DNA from: an uncultured Methanosarcinales archaeon
GTDB taxonomy: Archaea > Nanobdellota > Nanobdellia > Woesearchaeales > CAYVYK01
Length of the DNA stretch: 48,248 nucleotides
Direction of reading: 5' to 3'
Assembly (NCBI GenBank): GCA_964455675.1
Contig: CAYVYK010000013.1
Location: 1-48,248, forward strand
Both the position numbers and the translations under genes were made by a program. Position 1 is the stretch's first letter; each line of letters starts with the position of its first letter. The notes under the pieces are model-generated. The model saw nothing but the letters and a program-made list of their open reading frames with translations. It did not search any database and was not told where the DNA came from. Positions 22,901 through 34,900 of this stretch are shown here, piece after piece.

Positions 22901-25900
22901 GCAATCGTTATTTGACGTGGAGCGTTCGCTTGAGCATCTGCTTCAAGATTCTTCATCGCGTCCTTGAGCGCGATTATCTGCGCACCTAGCGAGTCTTTCA
23001 TGGGTCCATTGGGAATACTCGCAATCGCTGCTTCCTTGTCTGCAAGGAGTTCCCTGACCGCGGTGAATTCTGCTGTTCGTTCCGTGTAAAGCTCGCTCAA
23101 TTGCTGCTGCTGTTCCGCGACCGATAGTGTATGGGCTGATGCTATTCCTCTCTCTTTTTCGATGGATGCCCTGATTATCATTTCAGCTTCCAGGAGTTCG
23201 GTTGAGAGCGTCGTAATCGTTTCTGATTGAAGTGAGCCATGCAATTCTGCAATGCGCGATCGTTCTTTCTTGATGGCGTCCTGCACGTATGTCGCTCGGT
23301 ATCCAGAGGTTGCTATTCCTCGAGGCATTCCCATGAGCGCGGAATATGTGTCAAGTGCTTTCTGTGCATACCGTTCTGTTTCAGGATTCGTTTTCCACTC
23401 TCGTGCGGTTTTCGCAATGTCTGCGAGGAACATGCCAAGGAGTGAGTCTGGCTCTGGCGCGTCCTGGTTCTTCCAGTGCGTTCCAAGGAGGTATTCCATC
23501 TCGCTTGCCGTGCTCTTCTCGGCGAGTGTATCAAGCTCTGTTTGCCATGTTGCGAGTGTTGCTTCTACGTCCTCAAGTGATTCTTGCGTCTCGAGGACTT
23601 GCGCTTGCGCGCTCGCCATAGCAAGCTCGGGCAGTTCTTCCGCTCCAAGAACGGCGAGGAGTTCCTCTGCATGCTGCATGCTTTCAGCTGTTCGTGTTGT
23701 GGCAAGGTCATTCTGGAGGATTGTTGCAAGAGGCACTGCGGCTTGGACAAGTTCTGCATTGAGTGCTTCCTTGTTCTTTTCATTCTTCATCTTGTCTTTC
23801 TGTTGCGAGATTTTCTCGATGAGTGCTGCTTCGCTTTCACGTGTTGCGCTGCGCGCGTCCGCGAGAATCTCTCTCATCTCCTCATGAAAGTTTTGCGGCT
23901 GCACGATGATGTTATCCTTGAGAGTCTGCATTTCCTTCTCAATTGCATTCTTCAATTCCTGGTTCGTGATATCCTCTGCCTTTCTGCTCTGATCGCCAAT
24001 TGCGTTCGTAAGTTCTGCAGCGTATGCTGGCTCGATCGAGGTTGTTTCAATCATTTCCCTGATGAAGTCGCTCTCTTCTCTGATCGTTTCTGCAGCCGTG
24101 ACGTCCATAGCTAATTCTGTTGCAGTATCATCAAGTTTTCTCGCTTGTTGATAGAATGTCTTCTTGAGGTACTGCAGGCTGTGCTTGTTTCGTGCGAGGT
24201 TTTGAGGGAATGCCATGAGGACCGATACAAGATCGTTTGCCTTCTGTGCGTACTGTTGCGTGAGCGTCTTTCCTGACCATGCCGCTTGCTGCGCGCGTAC
24301 CTCTTCCACGAACGTTCTCAGTTCATATCCTGGCTCGGGCTCTCCGCTGTTCTTCCAGTGCGGTCCCATGAGGGATTCCATATCTGTTGATGTCAATTCT
24401 CGCAGTCGTGCGCTCCATGTAGAGAGAGTATCTTTCGCATTCATGAGTTCTCGCAATGCTATGCGTGCATCCGTTCGTGCGAACTCCGCTTCCAGTTCTG
24501 CGCGTGTTTCGTCGTCAAACATGGAAAGGAGTTCTTGGTTCATCTCCACTTCGCTTCGAAGGTAGTCCAGGTCTTCCGTGGTCACAACGCTCTTTGTATC
24601 CATGGCAAGGTCCGCGGCAGTAGCTACTTCATCCTTGACGTATGATGCCTGTGGAGCAAGTATTGCCGCAAGTTCTGACCGAAGATTGCTGCGTTCATCC
24701 GGTGGCATCGAATTGATCTGCTGTTCCTGCTCTTTCGCAAGTTCCAGGTATGTCCTTACTTCTCCCGGCCGGATGTCCTTTCCGATCTCTCCAAGCGCAT
24801 CGAGATTCTTGTATGCTTGCTCAGTGCTTCCTCCTGGTTTCACGTCGCGAGCAGCTTGTTGTGAAACCGTCTCCGTCCTCTGTTCTGTCTTTGTCTCAAA
24901 TCCCCTCTGGCTGCTTTCTTTTAGCGCAGGCAATTCCTCGCGCCCCACGTATTGTTCTGTAAGACGCGCGGCTTCCTCTAGTGTCCGTGCTTTTCCAATG
25001 GGGAGCTTGACCTCTTCTGCCTTGCTGCCAATTTCAAGATTGAGCGTGATGGGTTTCCCCTCTCCCACACGTTCGGCGAGCAGGCGTATCGATTCGGCTG
25101 ATAGCTTGCCATTGTCAAGTAGTTGCTTCATGAACCCAAGGCCTCGATTCAGTTTGTTCTCGAGGTGCTTTTGGTAGTCCATTGGTTTTTGGCTTACGGA
25201 AATTTCGATGCTTGATGATGTCTGCCATTCGCGTAGGATTTCCTTTGCGGCTTGGAGATTCCTGCCGCCAAGGACGTCCCCGCCTTCGATAACGACGATT
25301 TCGCGCAGTGTGTTTGTCACAAGGTTTTCATATGATGTTTCAAGGCTTCTGCCGAGGAGTTCCTTTGTCCATCGCTTTTCGTTCGCCTCAAACGTATTCT
25401 TAAGTTCGCTAAACCGCTGTTCGAACTCCTTGCTTCCCGCGCGCAGTGTTCCACCTTCTTCTCCGATGACCATGAGTTCTGCGTCGCTGTATTGCCTTGG
25501 TGCATCGCGCGATAGCATCCGTGCGTTATTCCCTCGGTCGCGCAGGCGTGCCTGCACAAGGTCCGTGATCGTGCTCGCCCTGTCCGCAACGACGATGACG
25601 TTGTCTTCCGTCCGTATTGGGCTGTCAAATCCGACATCTTTTCCTTTCAGGTACACTTGGACGAGCCGTCTTTGCATATCGCCGCTTGCTATACTCTTTA
25701 AGCGAAGGGTGAGATAGTCATCGATGGCTTTTGACGTTTCGAACTTTGTGGCTATTCGTCGTCCATTCTCCATCCTAACGAGATATGTGCTTCCCTCGAT
25801 CGGATGGTGGAATACGATTTCCGTCCCTTCCTTGAGGAACTGCGCTTCCACACTGCTGATGATGAGGTCATTCGCTACGCTTCGCTGCGCGACAATAATG

Positions 25901-28900
25901 GCGAGGTCGCTCGCACTTTCCTTGTATGAGAAGTCAAGTGAGTTTGTCTCCCTGATGCTCTTGAATCGTGCGGCCCCATTCAGATCCATCACGACGCGTT
26001 CTGATTGCTTGGTAAGGACGGTAAGTCCTAGCATTTTCGCGTACGGACCAGCGACTGCTCCAGGTGTCCCCGTGACTCCGTGCACTTCGTCGAATACTGA
26101 TATGAGCACTTCCTGGAGTGATGCGCTTGCGGAGTCGCTCGTTGGTCCGAGTTTGCTCCAATCGGCTTTTTCTTGAACACGAGTATCCAAACCGCGTAGC
26201 AGTTCTCGCCCAAGGGTGTTGTATGCCACTATGTCTTCGACTCTTGAGTACTTGCGTCCCGTAACGCGTGAGTCGCTGAATGGTTCGACACTATCTCCAA
26301 CGATTCCATAATCGTTCTGCGGTGTTTCCCGTAGTATCTTTCGGTACCGGTTGAGCATGTCCACTTTTCTTCCGAGCATATTATTTTCGGTTGCAAATCG
26401 CTCGACGATGGTCTCAAGGTCTGATAGTCCTACGTTCTCTGGCACCTCGAGGCGCTCAGACGCAAGAATTTTTCGGAGCAGTGCCTCCTTTGCTGCAGGT
26501 GTATAGTCGTGATAGCTTAGTGATCCTTCAAGCAATCTTCGCTCGAGTGCCACGCCTCGCATCTGTTCAAGGGTCATGCCTTCTGCTGATGCTCCGCTGC
26601 GTTCGACGATGTCCTCGAGCACTTGCCGCTGGATGTGTTCTGGCATCTTCTCGAGTGTTGCGCGATCGAGTGTTGCTGGCTTCACAAGGTCCCGTTTTCC
26701 TTCTCTTCCGATTACATCAGTAAGATAGCGGTTGACTTCTTCGCCGATGCTCACCGTCTGCCTGCCATAAACTGACTCGCTGATGGCGTCGATCTTTCCG
26801 CCGCTGATGGAGTACTGTGTCTCAGCAAGCGTGCGCTGTGCTTCGTTCGCGATGAGTATGCTGCCTTGGATGTTTTTAATGAATTCTTTGCTCATCGGTG
26901 TATCTCGGATATATTCAAAAAAGATGTCAGGCTCGGCGATGATGATGTCCGCTGTCCCTTGTGTTTTTCCTGCTTCATATATTTCTGCGACGATCTTTCG
27001 TGTTTTTCCCGTGACCGGGTCGGTTACCTCAAGCTGGTTGAAGAATTCAAGATTCTGCCCTACTTCCTTGAGGAAGTCTCCTTGGATGCTTCCTTTCTCA
27101 AAGAGCAGAATGACTTTCTTACCGGTGAGCATGTGTTTGAGTGCCGCAGTGTAGGGCAGGATGATCGCGTCCTTTCCTCCACCTGCGATGAATTCCATAA
27201 TGGTTCCTTCATGCTGTATGATGTCAAGGATGCTTGATACCTGTTCTTCGATAGCTGCGTACTTCTCCTTTTCGGGGATCGTGCGCTTCGCGGCATCAAG
27301 CCTTTGAATAGCTTCGTTCGTGAATTCGACCATTTGTTTCACGCGTTCCGGCGCGGATTCAGGCACAGTCACCTCGACTTGTTTCGTGTCTGGATTCTTC
27401 ACGACGGTAACTCCTGCTTCCTTCATTTCCTTGATGATTGCAGCAGATTCTCCTCGTGTAACGCCAACGCTTGTGGGATTTCGTAGGTTGCCGACGATGC
27501 CGTCAGTCGCTATGCCGCTCTCCCGTACTGCCTGTCGTGCTCCTTCAGAATTCATCGAACGTATCCGGTCATGAAGTGCCGAAAGGTCTGCCGCATCTTT
27601 TTCCGCTCGCGCGGCAAGCGCAGTGAGCGCCGCCCGCTTTGATGTGTCTTTTTCCGCCAATGCCTGTCGCTTGAGGTTCTCTGCTTCCGCCGCCTTCATG
27701 TGCTGTCGTGATTCAATCACTTTTGTATAGTCTCGTGCAAGGAGTGCCTGCTCCATCGTGTTGAGTTCATTGATCTGTTTGACTTGGTACTCATATTCTT
27801 CCGCGGTGATGGATTCGCTCTCGCTCTGCCGTCGTAAAATCTCCCGCTGCGCGTTGCGCGACTCGGAAGTAAGTTCTATTAGGCGTTCTTCATACGTTTG
27901 CCCCCGTCCTCGTGATCCCTCGATTTGTTCTCCAAGAATTCGTAGCTCGGTATCGGGTGTTGTTGACTTCTGCTCAACTTCCGCAAGGATGTCGGTTCGT
28001 TCCTGCTCGATGTCCCGAAGGTGGTCCTGTGTTCGGGAGATTTGTACTTCTTCCTGTTGTTTCAGGAGATCTTCCTTGGTAATGTATCCTTTCTTCTGGA
28101 GTTGCTCTATGTTTCTCTGCTGTTGGATAAGGAGTTCATCGCGAGCGGTTTCGAGTTCTGCCCGTGCGGTGTCAACTGTTTCTCGCGCGGTTTCTATTTG
28201 TTGTTGTATCTGGTTTTTCTCTGCAGTATTGGTCGAGCGTTCGATTGATGCTTGCTTGTCTGCGATCTCCGCCCTTGCCTTGTTCACGATGAGTTCTTGC
28301 TCTTTTACCGCAACGTCCTTGTCGCGCGCAATGATTTCTCTCTGTTGTCGGTCGATCTCTCCGGTAAGGAGATAATTATCAGCTTTAAATGCGTCAAGCC
28401 AGCGTTGTTGTGCGGTACTCACTTCCCGTAGTGCACCGATCTGCTGTTCCCGAAGGGTAATCATCGCTGCGTCAGACTCCCCAGTAACTTTGCTGAGCTG
28501 TCCGATCTGCGCTTCAATCTGTGCTGCCTTGAGCTGTTTTGCCTCCAGTTCGTAGCGCCTGATGTTTTCGAGTGTTGCTCTCTGCTGCGTATTGTCAATT
28601 CTTCCCAGGGCAGTTCGCGGTGGATTGATGTGGTTATCCGCCCATAGGAGCGCGGATTCAGCTTCCGCTGCCTTTTGTCGTGCTGCTAGGTTTTCTTGCA
28701 GTGCCTGCTCAACAGTCCCTGGCTCTGCATCCTTGTATGCCTGTTCAGTAGCTTTCACTCGCGCTCTTGCTTGTTCAACGTCGCGCGCCAGGTCTTTCAG
28801 AACGATGCTGGACGCGGTGGTTGGCTCTGCGGCTAGCTCTCGCGCAACGAGAATCTCTGCTTGCTGTCTGAATTCTGATTCAACAGTCTCCATGGTGCGG

Positions 28901-31900
28901 GCGCGTTCCTCGATCTTGATGGCAACGTCGCCCGCCCGCGCAGTTTCTCGGAACCTTGCCGTGATTTCTTCTGCGGCAGCCTGCCGTCGCGCCGTCTGTT
29001 CGACAAGTGTTCGCGCTTCTGCGCGGGCTTGTTCTGCGCTGATGCTTCTCTGTGTGCTGATCAGCTGCGCAGTTCGTTCAATGAGTTCAGGTGCTGTTGC
29101 CTCCACTCGCTGCTGGACGTTTTGCCGAAATTCAGCATCTGTCGCGCGAGCTTCTGCGTGCTTCTCTAGCACTGCTTCCTTCTCTTTTGGCGTCGCTGAT
29201 TCGATTCTGATAGTGACGTCTCCAGGTTTGAAATCAGGTTTTGTCTCAGCCACTGCATAGTCAAGTGCTACGTCCCGCTCGGATTGGAGCGTTCTCGCTC
29301 GCGCATCAACCGCCTCTCGAAATTGTGGAACATTCCTGTTCGCATCTAGTGTAGTGCGTACTGCGGATTCAGGTGCTTCTCGCACAGTGGTTTCCGTCGC
29401 TGTCCGTGTTCGTTCGATCAATTTATCCACTTGCGCGGTATTTGGGCGAACATCCGCGCGGGTTGGTGTTCGTGCCACGCGGTACGCGCCGATTGCTGCG
29501 TCCATTGCGGCAAATGTGGCAAAGTTTGATGCAAAGTCCGTGCCGACGGCTCCGGCAAAATTCCACCATTCTTCACTTGTTAAGTCGTGGTTCGCGGCGC
29601 CGTCTGCCAGTTCATCAAGCGCCGCTTGGGTGTTTGGTGAGACGACGGTAAGTCCGGCGCTCGTCGTCGCGATTCGTCCTACCGCTCGCACGGTGTTTTG
29701 GGCCACTGCTCCGGTATTTGGCAGTTTCTCAAGCGGGCGAAGGAAGGAGAGTTTTGCCGGGACAGCGTGCATCCATCCAAGCATCGCCGCGGACTCTCCA
29801 AGGTTTAGGAGCGTGTTGCCCGCGACATCTCCAAGGGTCACGGCTTCCGGATGTGCGGTATCACCAAATGCGGAGAATCCGTGTTCTGCGATCGCTTCTC
29901 CGTTCTGGAGCAGGATTTTTGGGGCTGCAAATCCCGCTGATTCAACTGCAAATACCGCGAGTTTGGATTCTGTCTGAATTGCTTTAAGGCCGCCACTGAT
30001 TGATTTTCCCGCTTCCGCAAATTGTTTTGCCCTCTGGCTGATCTTCGCGGCAGTCTCTGCGACTGTTTTCATCTTACCAATATTGAGGAGCGCCGCTGGG
30101 GTCATGAGTGATATTGCCATCTCCGGCGTTGCGAACGCATCAAGGATGGCTAATGCCGCATGCTTCTGTGTGAGTGACTGCGTGTCCAAGAGTGCTTCAT
30201 CTGCGCTCTTGATCCGAGCGGCTCCATCATATGCGCTGTTTATCGTAAGCTCTTCTCCGTCGCGAACGAGCCTTCCGCTCGCTACGAGAATTTCCTCCTC
30301 GCGTTCGCTAAGGCCTCCGATACCCTTTGTTGCTAACGCGTAGTTGGCATTCGCTACTTGTGTCTCATCATTCGAAAGGGCGGTGAATTCATCAAATCGT
30401 GTCTCTTCACCTAGAGAACTTGATATACCGTCGTAGACGCCCTGTCCCCATGTGATGACTCCTGTTCCCCATCCCTGGAGCCATTGTCCGGCTGTGCTGT
30501 CCGCTTCGTTCGCAAATTCCGCTGCCTTCATTCCGCTCTGTTCTGCGGCGGTGATCATTGATGATGAGAATTCTGCCATCGCTGCTTCTCGCGCATCTCC
30601 AGTGTTCATCCGGTTCAAGAGCTCAGTATCGCTAATCGCGTACATGCGTGCTGCTTGGGTATCACTCTCGATGAGCGCGTTCCTGAATGCGAATGTTCTT
30701 CGTTCGAGTTCAGCGATGTCCGCTGCTTTCTCTGCTGTTATGCTTGGATCAGATATCGCCAGCTGCAATGCGCGGTGGCGCACGGCTGCCGTATACTGGT
30801 CCATCTCTCCTGTTGGACTATATCGTTCGGAGTTGAGACGCTGGAGTTCTGCGTTGAGCGCTGCAGGATCAGTATGTTCCGTGGTGAAGTCCTCTAGCCA
30901 TCCTGCTGTTGCTTGTATTTCCGCAACCCGCTGGACGTTGGGATAGATGGTTCCAAGGGATTCGAATGTACCTGTGACATAGTTGATTTCCGCAAGCTGT
31001 TCGTTTGATATTCCTCCTACGTCAATAAAGTTCGCGGCTCGTACTAAAAATCCGAGCTTTGACTGATCCGCCATTCGCGCTTGGGCTTCGGAATACTGCT
31101 TGAGCTTGTTGAGCGCAGTCACGCGATCTTCATCATTCTCTGCCGTGATGACTTTGGATAGATAACCGAGCGCGACACTCTGCTCTTTGTAGCGGTTGCC
31201 TTCCTGCTCATCCTTGGCATCGTGGGTTTGCATGTATCGCTGGTTTGCTTCTCGCATATGATCGCTGCTTTCTTTAACGAGTGCCTTGAGTTCTTCACTC
31301 GAGAATGATGCGAGTTCTCCCATGTTTCCGTCTTTAAGGAATGTTCCTGTCGATATTTGTTCTCGTGCCTTCTGTTTTGCCGCATTGGATGCGTGCATAG
31401 CAGTTCCGCGTTCGCGAAGGATCGTGCGCGCTTGCTCGACGGTGAGGTCTTGGAGTTTGATATCGCGTCCTTGAATGGTAACAGTCTCAGTTCCATCTGG
31501 GTACAGCATGCTTACTGCATACCTGAGTTTCTCAACGTCATTATTGCCGTCAATGAATGTGCTGTATGCTTGCAGTGCGCGCTCACTGCCGTCAATACCC
31601 TGAATGCTGCGGGTAAACTCCGTTGCGTATTCTTTGTATTCCTGTGCGTCGGTAAGCCGTTCAATCATGGTTTTGCTCGTCGCGTGGATCTCCTCATGTT
31701 CAAGTGAGTTCCTCGTGAGCTGCTCGATCCTGTTCCATGATTCCAGGGCTTTGTCGTATTCTCCCACAGCCTGGTGTAGAGCTGCCTGGTCTTTGAGCGC
31801 GAGAGTGTCATGTGCGTTCTTTGCCAGGGCTGCGCTGACGCGCTGCTCTGCTTTCGCGACTGCAACGTCGAGTTCCTGCTGTGTTGCTTCTTGGTTCTGT

Positions 31901-34900
31901 ACTGCGCTCGCTAGAGCCTGCACTTCCATGAGTGCCGCTTGTCGCAGGAGTTCTTCTGATGGCGGTGCCTCTTTTGCGTCTGCTTCCAATTGTGATAGCT
32001 TCGCTAGAGCGCTTTTAGTATCTCTATTGAGAAGGTATTGCGAAGCGATTTGGATGTCAATTTTGGTGATCTCGTCCCGGATTTTTTTCTCATTCTCCTC
32101 AGTAATCGTGTTGACTCCGTTCACGACTAATTTATCCTTAAGTTTAGTGTATGTCTCTCGTGCCTTTGCAAGGCCATCTTGTGCTTTTCTTGCCTCTGCT
32201 AGTTCATTTGCTGCTCGTATTCCTGCAGCGTCAACGGCTTGGCTCTGGAGTTTGCCGGCTTGTTCATCATCCGATGCAAGGCGTTCGTAGAGGCTTTTTG
32301 TTCCTGGAATGACCGGCTCAAATGTGTTATCCATCACTTGTGAGAGGTAGGCATTTGACGCTGCGTAGTTCTCTTCCGCTCGAGCGGCAAGTGCTCCGTT
32401 TCGTTGGATCGTGTTGCGCTCTAGTGTAGATGCGTAAGTGTTGCCTTCAAATCCGGTAAGGTGTCCCATCTCTTGGAGGATGAGCGCTTTCTCCTTTGTA
32501 AAGAAATCAAGGTCGGTTGCGAGTGCAAAGTCTGTTGCCAAATGTCCGCTTGAGCCATAGTCCTTTCGCGTGGCTCCCTCCGTTGTCGTGGCAAGTGCGA
32601 CTTGGATGCTGAGGTATTGCTGTGCAAGGGCATGCTGTTCCTCTGTGAAATCAAGGATCTTGTCCTTGAATTGTTCTTGTGCTGCAGATCTTGTGAGTTC
32701 TTGGAGCGCGTTTGCGGTGTACTCGTTTGCCATGCGCAGGTTCCCGTTTGCGGCATAGACGTTTCCGAGGAGTCCCCACGTTTGGGAACTGACGGCGTCT
32801 CCGGCTTCGCGTAGTGTCCGAAGCGCATTGTCAGCGTGCATTTGCGCGTCAGCCGCCATGTTGCTTGCGAGGAACGTTCGCGCTTCGCGTTCCTCGTTGA
32901 TGACATACGCCGCGCGCGCAATGCGTTCGGCATCCTTTCCATTGATGCTGTAGAGTGTCTGCAGCTGCTTCTTTGTTGCATCGATGTCTTGGACGTCCAT
33001 TTGGTCTGTTGCGGTGACTGCGATGATGAATCCTTCAAGCGCCTGTGCGCTTCGTCCTGGTGCGCTATAGATCTTATCGAGGAGCCCAAATCCTGTTTTC
33101 ATGAGTTCTTCATTCGGTTGTTTGCTGATCGCTTGTGTGATTTCACTTAGTTGTGCCAGCCGTACTTGGTTGATAAGTGACTGTCGTGACTCCGCAGAAA
33201 GTTTTGTGTCTTCGCTGATGCGTATAGCGAGCAGGGCAAGCTGCCCTGCTCCAGCCTCAGCATTCGCGGCTAATGTTGTTATGGCGAGCTGCTCTGTCTG
33301 GTATTGCTCGATCCTGCTTCGCAGGAGTTCCTGCTCGAGTCGTTCTTTTTCCTTTCCTGAAGATGTTGCGATCGCAGCTTCAAGGTCTGCTGTTCGTCGC
33401 TGCGCTAGCTCAAACTGCTCCTGTGCTTCTGCTTTCGCGTCTTCCTTTCGGCCTTGCCGCTCATAAAGATCGAGGATATTGCTTGTGATGCCGACGCGAT
33501 CGAGTGTCGTGCTTGCGCGTAGTTCCTTGTATGATTCGATTGCTTTCGCGTATTCGCGAGTGAGTGCATAGTCCACGGCGTCTCGTTGGAGCTTGAGGAT
33601 TGCTCCAACTTCTTTTCCGTTGATCGTTCCTCGTGCTTGCGCGAGTGCTTGCTCAATTATTGTTGTCGTGGATTTATCCGTCGGTAGGTTTCCAACGACA
33701 TCCTGGCTTACATCCACACTGCCAAGGGCAAATCCATGCTTGGTTTTCACGGCATCAGTCGCTTGTTTCACTGCTGCAGCATAGCGCTCTTCTTCTGCGT
33801 CCGTGAGCACCGTACCTGCCTGTTGTTTCTTCAGTATCTCTTGCAGTCCGGCATCTGCGCGGGCGATAGTTCCGAATGCCTCGGATATTTCTGTGCCGTG
33901 CTCCTTCATGAACTCCTGCTCGAGTTCTTCCGTTCGTTGCGCGAGTGCCTCCGATATAATGGGTGCTCTCTTCAGTCGGTCGAGCGTTTCTTGGAAGAAT
34001 GATGCATCAACGGTGCCGCCTTCGGCTTTCAGTTCATTTAGTTTTGTCAGGTCTTTTGCATAGTGTCCGCCGACGCCGGCGTAGAAAAGTGCTGTCGACT
34101 CATAGCTGCCAAGTTCCAGCATGTTTGGCACGCTTCGCGTAAGGAATGTGCTGCTGTCAAGGTCTGTCTTGTAGAAGACATGCGTGAGCCCGCGCTGGTC
34201 GATCGTGTATTTTCCGGGGTCAAATCCATATTTCTCATTCATGAGCCCTTCAATGGATAGGCCTAGCGCGCTAAGCTTTCCGCTGACGCTTCCATCCTGA
34301 CCTTTGAAGAATTCGATGCTCTTTTGGGGCAGGATGTAGTCTTTAGTGTTCGGTTCTACTCTTGTTACTTCCTCTCCTGTGAGGCTGTAGATTGTTCCCC
34401 CTTTGCGAACGTACAGTTTTCCCTCGCTAGGTGAGTAGACCACATAGCCTCCCTGTGCTGGTCCTTCTGCGGACTGCATGAGTGTTTTGCTCGTGATTTT
34501 GTAGAACGGCGTGTCTGAGGAGTAGGTTCCTTCGCGGCTGTCCACAAAGATAAGGTTTGCGGGGTTCTTTCCACTGATCGGGGAGTAATGGAATACTGCG
34601 ATGTCCTGCGTGGTATCAAGATCAGCAATAGGTGTCTCAAGGTGTATTCCTCCTCCCCAGCCGACGGATTCAGTGATTCCTTGCGTTCCTCGCGCAATGT
34701 GCAATTCTTTCCCTGTTGCGGCGGAAATGACTGCATCCATGTTCGCGCCATTGTAGTATGCGTCGACGAGCTCCTTCTTTTTTTCTGGCGTGCATCCCGC
34801 GCACTCGATTGTTTCCTGCTGTGGTAGTCCATTCACGTACGCGATGACGGATAGCTTATCAGTCGTGCGGATGCTGTTATACGCTTCCTGCCGTGCCTGC

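Noticed and set aside
25350..27260. Restriction-modification or SNF2 helicase reading of the SF2 domain plus methyltransferases
   Set aside because: Motif spacing and the insert resemble SecA, and the MTases lack DNA-MTase catalytic motifs.
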